This document shows, piece after piece, positions 17,299-24,000 of a stretch of DNA of 24,000 bases (its first letter is position 1; the number at the start of each line of letters is the position of its first letter). The stretch is taken from positions 1-24,000 of the forward strand of contig NZ_JANWXB010000120.1 of assembly GCF_025055495.1 (NCBI RefSeq). The letters run 5' to 3'. The notes beneath the pieces are model-generated. The model had not been told where the DNA came from and did not search any database. It was given only the letters and a program-made list of their open reading frames with translations. The translations under genes and the position numbers were made by a program. Source of the DNA: Thermoflexus sp. (GTDB taxonomy: Bacteria > Chloroflexota > Anaerolineae > Thermoflexales > Thermoflexaceae).

Positions 17299-20200
17299 AT
17301 GCCTGTGCGTCTCAAAGCGCTGGAGCTTCACGGCTTCAAGAGTTTTGCCGATCCGATCCGCCTGGAGTTCCCGGGGCCGGTGACCGCCATCGTGGGCCCT
17401 AACGGGAGCGGCAAGAGCAATATCGCTGAGGCCATCCGCTGGGTTCTGGGAGAGCAAAGCCTCTCCACTCTCCGGGCCCGCCGGGGCGAGGATCTGATCT
17501 TCGCCGGCGGCGATCAGCGGCCCCGCGCCGGAATGGCAGAGGTCACCCTGATCTTCGACAACTCCGACGGAGAGCTCTCGGTGGAATTCGAGGAGGTGGC
17601 CCTCACGCGCCGGGTCTACCGCGATGGGGAGGGCGAATATCTCCTGAATGGGAACCGGGTGCGCCTGCGCGATATCCAGGAGCTCCTGGGGTCCACCCCG
17701 CTGGCCCGACGGACTTACACCGTGATCGGGCAAGGGGTGGTGGATGAAGTGCTCCGGATGCGACCGGAGGAACGCCGCGCGCTGTTCGAAGAGGCCGCCG
17801 GCATCGCCCTTTACCGGATGAAGCGGGAGGAGGCGTTGCGCCGCCTGGAGATCACCCGGCAGAATCTGATGCGAGCCCGGGATCTGCTGGCGGAGATGAC
17901 GCCGCGGTTGAGCAGCCTGCGTCGCCAGGCGGAGCGCGCGCGCCAGTATGAGGAGCTTCTTTCTCAACTCAAAAGGCGATGGCGTCAGTGGGCTGCCCGC
18001 CGGATGGCCCGGTTGCGTCAGGGTCTGGAGGCCGCCCGGGCGGCCCTGGCCGAAGCCGAGGCGGCCCGGCTCCGTCATCAGGAGCAGCAGGCGATGGCTG
18101 AGCAGCAGGCCCTGACGCTTCGCGAGGAGATCCGCCGGCAGCGGGCAGCGCTGGCAGAGCAGGAGGCCGCCTGGGCCAAGTTGCAGGAGGAATCCGCCGC
18201 TGTGCAGCGACAGCTTCAGGCCGTGGAGGAGGCCCTTCAAGCGCTGTCGGAGCAAGCGAGGGCCCGTCGGGCGCAAGCAGAAGCCCTTCGGGCCCGGGAG
18301 GCCACGCTCCGGGCGATGGAGGAGGCGCTGAAGACCGAGCGGAAAGCGCTGGAAGATCGGCTCCGGGCCCTGCATGAGCAACGCCGGGCGCTGGAGGCGC
18401 TTTACGCGCCGAAGCGGATGCGCCATGAGGCGCTGTGCCATCAGAGGGCGGAAGTACAGACCGAACTCCATCGCCTGGAGGAGGAGGAAGCTCACCTCGC
18501 CCGTCGCCGTGTGGCGCTCCAGTCATTGCAACGCGAACTCGAGGAGCAATCGCTTCAGCGGGCCGCCCTGCGGGAGAGATGGATGCGGGAGCAGGCAGAT
18601 TGGCTTCGAGAGCAGGAACAGCTTCTCGAGGAAGCCCGGGTCCTGGAAGCGACTCTGGAGGCTATGGAGCGGCAGCGGGCTCAAATCAGCCGTCAGCTGG
18701 AGGAGGCAGAGGCGGGGGTCCTTCAAGCGCAGGAGCAGGCGGCTCAGGCCCGGGCCCGGAAGGCCTATCTGGAGGCTTATGCGGAGAGCTTGGCTCGTAG
18801 CCGGGAGACCCAGGAGGGGCTTCGAGGGGACCTGCGGGCGATTCTCGCCGCCGGCCTTCCTGGGGTGCTGGGTTCGCTGGCCGACTTTCTGGAGATCGAA
18901 CATGGCTGGGAGGCGGCGGTGGCGGCTATGCTGGGTCCGCTGCTCCAGGCGCTGGTGGTGCGGGATCCGGCAACGATGGAACGGGTGCGGTCGATGATCC
19001 ATCACGGCCTGCCGGTGGTGATTCTCGGCGGATTGCGTGTGAAGCGCTCACGCCCGGTTCGCAGCCGGTCATCCATTGGGGGGATTGCCCTTCCAGCCCG
19101 GCGTTTCATCCCACCGGCGCGTCCGGCAAGGAGCGTCCTGCGGGCGCGGGAGCCCCGGCTTCAGGCTTGGCTGGAGCGCCGTCTGGAGGATGTCTGGCTG
19201 GTGGAAACCTGGGAGCAGGCGCTGAGGCTCTGGCCTCAGTTGCCACGGACGGTTCAAATCATGACCCGGGATGGCGAGCGGATCAGCGGGGAGGGAGTCC
19301 TGTGGATCGGCGAATACGCTGCTCCGGAGGTGGTGTGGCTGACCCAGGAACAAGCCTGGCGGTCGCTCCCGGAACAAATCCGGGCGGCGCAGGAGACGTT
19401 ACGCCGGGCCGAAGAAGCTATGGAAGCAAGTTCCCTCAAGTGGAGGCAATTGCAGGAGGAGCGGGCTTCCCTGGAAGCGATCTATCGGTCCGCGGAAGCC
19501 CGCAGAGAGGAGGTGCGGCGGCGGCTCCGGGATATTGAGGAGGCGATTCGGAAGGCAACGATAGCCCTTCAAGCGCTGGAACAGGAGATCTCAGAAGGGA
19601 AGCGGAGGCAGGCACAAATCGAGGCGGAGCAGCAGGAACTGGACCGCTTGGGGCAGGCGCTGGCGCAGAAGCGGCGGGCGCTGGAGGAATCCCGGTCGAT
19701 GATCGATTCGGAGATCATCAACCTGGGCCTGGAGCCCATCGAAGCAGAGCGAGCTCGTCTCCAGACAGAGGAGCGGATGCTGGAGGAGCAATGCCGTCAG
19801 GTGGAGGAGATGCTCGCCCGACATCAGGAGGCCCTGCAGGCGATCGAGGCGGAGCGGGCTGCGCTGTCCCTTGAGGAAGCGGATGAGCAGCGCGCTGTGC
19901 TGGAGGCCGAACGAGAGCGTTGGCAGGATCGGCAGCGAGCGCTCGCGATCCAGTTGCGGGAGCTGGAGACCCGACGCGTCCAGGGCATGGCTGCTCTCCT
20001 AACTACGGAATCGATGTTCGAGGAGGCCTGGAAGCAGGTGGAAAGCCTTCGCGAGGCGGGCCAGGCGCTGGAAGAGCAGGTCCATGCGGCCCAGCTGGAG
20101 GTCGTGCGCTGGGAGGGAGAGGTCCACGCCTTCCGGCAGGTCCTCCGGGAGGAATGGCGTTATCTGGATGAAGGAGAGATGGATTCCGAGATGGAGACCG

Positions 20201-20901
20201 CAGGAGAGGAAGAGGCGGAGCCACTGGAAGCCCTGGAGGCGGAGGTAGAAGCCCTCCGGCGGGCGTTGCGGCGGCTGGGGCCGATTCATCCGGAGGCGGC
20301 TTCGGAATACGCGGCGCTGCAGGAACGCCATGCCTTCCTGACGTCTCAGATCGCGGATCTGGAGGCCGCCGCGGCCTCCCTCCAGCAGACGATCGCCGCC
20401 CTGGATCAACAGATGCAGCAGGCCTTTATGGCAACCTTCCGGGCAGTGGGCCGCGCCTTTAAAGAGACCTTCATCGAGTTGTTTGGGGGTGGCAATGCCC
20501 GCCTGATGCTTACGGAAGCGGAGAGCTGGGATCAGGCAGGGGTGGAGATCTTCGTGCGGGTGCCGGGAAAGCGGACTCAGAGCCTGATGATGCTCTCTGG
20601 AGGGGAGAAGGCATTGACAGCCACCGCCCTGATCTTCGCCCTCCTGAAAGTTCGCCCGTCGCCCTTTGTGGTTCTGGACGAGGCGGATGCGGCTCTGGAC
20701 GAGGCCAATATCGGTCGTTTCCGGGAGATGATCCGCCGGCTCTCCGAACGCACCCAGTTCATCCTGATCACACATAATCGGGGGACTATAGAAGCAGCCG
20801 ATACGATCTATGGCGTCACCATGCGGTCGGATGGTGTCTCTCAAGTCCTCAGTTTACGCTTAGAGGAGGGGGAGCGGATCCTACCAGGAAGCGCCTCTTA
20901 G
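17299..20901 (+). CDS. smc: Chromosome segregation protein SMC
   Basis: LKALELHGFKSFADPIRLEFPGPVTAIVGPNGSGKSNIAEAIRWVLGEQSLSTLR (Walker A), long coiled coils, hinge-like GVLGSLADFLEIEHGWEAAVAAMLG, signature LMMLSGGEKALTATALIFALLKVRPSPFVVLDEADAALDEANIGRF (Walker B). Confidence 0.97.
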   Translation: MPVRLKALELHGFKSFADPIRLEFPGPVTAIVGPNGSGKSNIAEAIRWVLGEQSLSTLRARRGEDLIFAGGDQRPRAGMAEVTLIFDNSDGELSVEFEEVALTRRVYRDGEGEYLLNGNRVRLRDIQELLGSTPLARRTYTVIGQGVVDEVLRMRPEERRALFEEAAGIALYRMKREEALRRLEITRQNLMRARDLLAEMTPRLSSLRRQAERARQYEELLSQLKRRWRQWAARRMARLRQGLEAARAALAEAEAARLRHQEQQAMAEQQALTLREEIRRQRAALAEQEAAWAKLQEESAAVQRQLQAVEEALQALSEQARARRAQAEALRAREATLRAMEEALKTERKALEDRLRALHEQRRALEALYAPKRMRHEALCHQRAEVQTELHRLEEEEAHLARRRVALQSLQRELEEQSLQRAALRERWMREQADWLREQEQLLEEARVLEATLEAMERQRAQISRQLEEAEAGVLQAQEQAAQARARKAYLEAYAESLARSRETQEGLRGDLRAILAAGLPGVLGSLADFLEIEHGWEAAVAAMLGPLLQALVVRDPATMERVRSMIHHGLPVVILGGLRVKRSRPVRSRSSIGGIALPARRFIPPARPARSVLRAREPRLQAWLERRLEDVWLVETWEQALRLWPQLPRTVQIMTRDGERISGEGVLWIGEYAAPEVVWLTQEQAWRSLPEQIRAAQETLRRAEEAMEASSLKWRQLQEERASLEAIYRSAEARREEVRRRLRDIEEAIRKATIALQALEQEISEGKRRQAQIEAEQQELDRLGQALAQKRRALEESRSMIDSEIINLGLEPIEAERARLQTEERMLEEQCRQVEEMLARHQEALQAIEAERAALSLEEADEQRAVLEAERERWQDRQRALAIQLRELETRRVQGMAALLTTESMFEEAWKQVESLREAGQALEEQVHAAQLEVVRWEGEVHAFRQVLREEWRYLDEGEMDSEMETAGEEEAEPLEALEAEVEALRRALRRLGPIHPEAASEYAALQERHAFLTSQIADLEAAAASLQQTIAALDQQMQQAFMATFRAVGRAFKETFIELFGGGNARLMLTEAESWDQAGVEIFVRVPGKRTQSLMMLSGGEKALTATALIFALLKVRPSPFVVLDEADAALDEANIGRFREMIRRLSERTQFILITHNRGTIEAADTIYGVTMRSDGVSQVLSLRLEEGERILPGSAS

Positions 20902-20908
20902 CCGATTC

Positions 20909-20935
20909 GGGGCGGGCCGCTCTGCCGCCCGCCCC
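20909..20935. terminator. GC-rich terminator-like hairpin between convergent smc and minus-strand gene
   Basis: GGGGCGGGC (20909-20917) / GCCCGCCCC (20927-20935), perfect 9-bp stem, in a 40-nt convergent gap; no T-run. Confidence 0.65.
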
Positions 20936-20941
20936 AGCTGT

Positions 20942-21979
20942 TCACTCTATGGGAATCTGTTGGGGTGGAAAGACGCGGCCGTCTTTCAGCCACCATACTC
21001 CCAGTTTTTGGGCCATACGCGCCGCTTCTAAATGGATCTCCGGGCCGGCGACGGCAGGAATGACCTCGGCCTCCGGAAAGACCTTACGTAGAGCAGCGGC
21101 TCGCTCGACGGCTCGGTCTACGTCATTTGTGTGCACGATCGCCGAGACTTCCACCACGAGGTAGGCGATTCCCTCACCCTCCAGCTTGTTTCCTTGAACT
21201 ATCACGTCCGCTTCGTCCAGTGAATCCACCTCTGCTGCGGTTAGCCGTCCTGCAGCTTCGGCGGAGCGGATAAGAGCCTCTCGCTCCTCCGCGCTCAGGA
21301 TATGAGGATCTTGAACTAAGCGGCGGTAACGACGCGATCGAGTACGGTATTGATTTTCGTGAATCCAGCCTCGAACCAAGCCGCTCAGTATGTTCACTTC
21401 TTTTATTACACCTAATAGTGTCTCTTCCAGGCGATGCTGAGCCTCAGCAAGTTGCTGGACTTGTTCTTCGGTGCGGCGTTGGGCCTCAGCGAGCTGCCTT
21501 ATCTGTTCTTCGGTGCGGCGCTGGGCCTCAGCAAGCTGCTGGACTTGTTCTTCGGTGCGGCGTTGGGCTTCGGCAAGGGCGGTGACGGCTTCTTCCAGGC
21601 GGCTGACCCGTTCCTCGATACGGCCAACTCGTTCCTCGATATGGCCAACTCGTTCCTCGATGTGGCGCTGGGCTTCGGCAAGCTGCCTTACGTGTTCTTC
21701 GGTGCGGCGTTGGGCCTCAGCAAGCTGCCGCACATATTCTTCGGTGCGGCGCTGGGCTTCGGCCAGGGCGGCGACAGATTCCACGAGCGCCTGCACTGCG
21801 TCTGTTAGGCTGCTCAGCGACCTTTCGGCCCGCATCACATGGGTGGAAAGCCGTCGTAGATCTTGGGGGGACTGAAGCAATTCTTCGGTGAGCAATCGTT
21901 GACGAAGAGCTTCCACCCATTCTGGGTGCTGATCCAGCAAACGAATCAGGTCTTCAAAATCTCGGACCGTGAACGCCAT
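20942..21979 (-). CDS. Coiled-coil protein with C-terminal PD-(D/E)XK-nuclease-like domain (DUF3782-like), function unknown
   Basis: N-terminal helical region, (LAEAQRRTEEQVQQ)n repeats, C-terminal DEADVIVQGNKLEGEGIAYLVVEVSAIVHTNDVDRAVERAAALRKVFPEAEVIPAVAG, which resembles the D...ExK-type fold but with S in place of K. Confidence 0.65.
   Translation of the reverse strand: MAFTVRDFEDLIRLLDQHPEWVEALRQRLLTEELLQSPQDLRRLSTHVMRAERSLSSLTDAVQALVESVAALAEAQRRTEEYVRQLAEAQRRTEEHVRQLAEAQRHIEERVGHIEERVGRIEERVSRLEEAVTALAEAQRRTEEQVQQLAEAQRRTEEQIRQLAEAQRRTEEQVQQLAEAQHRLEETLLGVIKEVNILSGLVRGWIHENQYRTRSRRYRRLVQDPHILSAEEREALIRSAEAAGRLTAAEVDSLDEADVIVQGNKLEGEGIAYLVVEVSAIVHTNDVDRAVERAAALRKVFPEAEVIPAVAGPEIHLEAARMAQKLGVWWLKDGRVFPPQQIPIE
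21410..21766 (-). repeat. Tandem 42-nt/14-aa coding repeats with a 21-nt/7-aa interlude
   Basis: LAEAQ-initiated 14-mers x3, then IEERVGR, IEERVSR and LEEAVTA heptads, then LAEAQ 14-mers x4 (residues 72-190). Confidence 0.85.
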
Positions 21980-21996
21980 AAGCGCCTCCTGAGGGA

Positions 21997-22024
21997 ATTA
22001 TATCATGTTTTCCATAAGCGTCGA
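21997..22024 (-). promoter_or_regulatory. Putative sigma70-type promoter for the minus-strand coiled-coil gene
   Basis: On the minus strand: TCGACG - 16 nt - TATAAT, followed closely by AGGAGG (21985-21990) and ATG (21979). Confidence 0.6.
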
Positions 22025-22149
22025 GGCTGTGTAGGGAAAGGGAAGATTGGATTGTGACGAGGACGGTCAGAAAGCAACTCGCCCGCTAAAAAGGATCCTC
22101 TGAGTATGCCAATCGGGAGACATAGCTGTTGGCAGTATAAGTGGTGCAT

Positions 22150-24000
22150 TTAATTCGAAATCGATCCCGGCGCCGGAAAGGCCTGGATCCGCCAATCGGC
22201 ACATGTGTTGGTATCTCGACTTGCCGGGAACCGCTCCAAGCTCTGGCCTCGCGAAGGGGTCGGGCAGCGGGGCGGGCCGCCCCATTCCACCCGATCGATT
22301 TCCCCCTCCGGACCGATGAGCACGACCTCGTCCTGGGTGTTGTTCAGGTTCCACCAGCCACGTCCCCAGCCGGGATCCGGGATCAGGTCGGGCACCAGAG
22401 GATCCGTCGCCGCCAGCTCGAAATGGGGACGAGTGCCGTAGCGGGCGAGGAAGGCCTGGGCGGAGACCGCGATCACTTGAACCTCCCCCGGGCGGATTGT
22501 CGTGCCGTCTGGGAAGCGATACATCCCCTCGTAATCGCCTGGCACCGCCGCATCGCCGATCCCATAGCCGTTGAGATTCAGCGTGTTTCCGGTAGGGTTA
22601 TAGATCTCCACCCACTCCTCGTTTGGATCGATCCCGAGGGCGTTCACCAGGATCTCGCTGATCAGCAAGTGAGGCGGGCGGTGATCGCGGAAGACCAGAG
22701 GGAGATAGACTTTGGGTTGAGACAATTCCCAGTCCAGTCGAAATAGCTCGCTTAGGGCGTCCCATCCTTCTTTGGACCGAAAGATCAGCATGATCTCCCG
22801 GTTCAGCTTGTGGGAGGTTTCCGTGCCATTAGCCGAACCCAGGACAATGTAAGGCTCTCCGCTCAGACGGATCATGGTCATCTTGTTGTGGAGTCCTCGC
22901 CCACCCGGATTGCCCGTTCGCGCTTGAAGGGTGGTGGAAAGAGTGGAGCTCATAAAGCTCAGGGATTGAATGTAGGCTACAGTGGCCGCATTGCTGCGGG
23001 GATTTGACGGATCATCATAGAAGCGATCCAGGAGAAGCCATACCGATGCCCCTCGTCCGGCGGCCTCAATCAGCGTGGCCAGATACAGGTTCGGCGAGAT
23101 CACCGGGGCGGCGGCCGGATCGCTGGCACCCGGCCCCCACCAGGGAGGGACGGTCAGTTGCTGGGCGAGGATCAGATCCCCTGGGCCGGCCTGGCGAAGC
23201 AACGCCCATACCCCAGCCTCCAGATTCAGCATTCCTTCGGGTCCGATGATCAATTGGAGATCGCTGGCGGTGATGGGGATGGGTTCTGAGAACCGGACCG
23301 GGTAGACTGTCCCCCCCAGGGTGAGGGGTGGGGTATAGGTGGGCGGCGGGTCTTCCGTCAGCGCCATTACATCCCGGAAGATGGGAGCGATATCGCGGCG
23401 AAACAGCTCTGTCAGGAAAGCGGCGATCTCCGGCGACTCGAACGCCACCAGGATGCCGCGCTGGCCCTCTGTCCCATCGCTCTTCGGGTCGTCCGGCATA
23501 GCACGAGGGCTCAGGTTTTCTGTCCCTACAAGCACTCCTCGATCATCCCGAACCAGGAATTTCGCGTGAGCATACGTGTAACGACGGAGCGCCGGAGGGA
23601 TCGCGGTCGGGGCGTTCCGCATCATTAAACATCGACCCCCTGCGATTCGCAGGAGCCGACAGGCATAACGCGTGTCGTCGGTGATCCCGCCTGGGGGCGT
23701 CCCCTCCAGGAGCAACGTGACGGAGACGCCCCGTCGCGCCGCTGCCGCCAGCCGTTCGGCGATCTTAGGATGTTCAAACGTGAACATCTCCCCCACAATA
23801 GAAGTCTGAGCGCCGTCGATCCACGCGGCGACTGCTTCGAAAGCATGATCCGGCGCGATGATCAGGGTCATCGGAATGGTGCCGCTGAGCGTAAAAGGAC
23901 GCTCATAGCGCTCCGGCATCCACCCGGGGAAATAGACTCGGCGTCCCCACCATGGATCCAGCCGATCGCTGGCCCAATCGGCTGCTGTATCGGTATCCAC
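22150..24000 (-). CDS. Phospholipase D-like protein with C-terminal lamin-tail-like domain, 5' end outside window
   Basis: Two HKD-like motifs (HAKFLVRDDRGVLVGTENLS and HNKMTMIRLSGEPYIVLGSANGTE). C-terminal LLISEILVNALGIDPNEEWVEIYNPTGNTLNLNGYGIGD...VVLIGPEGEIDRVEWG is lamin-tail-like. The ORF-track start is the GTG at the window edge, so N-terminal truncation is likely. Confidence 0.85.
   Translation of the reverse strand: MDTDTAADWASDRLDPWWGRRVYFPGWMPERYERPFTLSGTIPMTLIIAPDHAFEAVAAWIDGAQTSIVGEMFTFEHPKIAERLAAAARRGVSVTLLLEGTPPGGITDDTRYACRLLRIAGGRCLMMRNAPTAIPPALRRYTYAHAKFLVRDDRGVLVGTENLSPRAMPDDPKSDGTEGQRGILVAFESPEIAAFLTELFRRDIAPIFRDVMALTEDPPPTYTPPLTLGGTVYPVRFSEPIPITASDLQLIIGPEGMLNLEAGVWALLRQAGPGDLILAQQLTVPPWWGPGASDPAAAPVISPNLYLATLIEAAGRGASVWLLLDRFYDDPSNPRSNAATVAYIQSLSFMSSTLSTTLQARTGNPGGRGLHNKMTMIRLSGEPYIVLGSANGTETSHKLNREIMLIFRSKEGWDALSELFRLDWELSQPKVYLPLVFRDHRPPHLLISEILVNALGIDPNEEWVEIYNPTGNTLNLNGYGIGDAAVPGDYEGMYRFPDGTTIRPGEVQVIAVSAQAFLARYGTRPHFELAATDPLVPDLIPDPGWGRGWWNLNNTQDEVVLIGPEGEIDRVEWGGPPRCPTPSRGQSLERFPASRDTNTCADWRIQAFPAPGSISN

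Noticed and set aside
17134-18495. 453-aa minus-strand ORF over the smc 5' region
   Set aside because: Antisense shadow of the strongly coding smc frame; Leu/Gln/Pro-rich with no family signature.
17299-20901. Possible defence-type or RecN/SbcC-like ATPase
   Set aside because: N-terminal motif, hinge-like region, LSGGEKALTATALIFA and LDEADAALDEAN all match canonical chromosomal SMC.
1-24000. CRISPR arrays, transposases, phage genes, toxin-antitoxin pairs, reverse transcriptase/ncRNA systems
   Set aside because: No regularly spaced direct repeats or matching protein signatures seen on either strand. The RNase H-like gene has no RT domain beside it.

Overview
This window is mostly a conserved cell-wall and division (dcw-type) gene cluster from a GC-rich bacterium. 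I infer a thermophilic Chloroflexota-like organism, but that was not tested. Plus-strand order: mraY - murD - ftsW - murG - small CvpA-like membrane protein - murC - murB - ddl - ftsQ - ftsA - ftsZ. Downstream are a minus-strand RNase H-like gene, a plus-strand NYN/LabA-type putative nuclease with a long C-terminal extension, a LytR-CpsA-Psr (LCP) protein and smc. Two minus-strand genes follow: a coiled-coil protein with 14-residue repeats, and an edge-truncated phospholipase-D-like protein with a C-terminal lamin-tail-like domain. I see no rRNA, CRISPR array, transposase, prophage, or convincing tRNA or defence island. The least explained material is a set of GC-rich hairpin modules between cluster genes (before murC, before ftsA, before ftsZ) that share GGCCGTGG(A/G)GAGGG. 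Next are the architecture of the NYN protein, long out-of-frame overlaps inside the cluster, and the C-terminal active-site variant of the RNase H-like protein. I cannot claim a demonstrated novel system.
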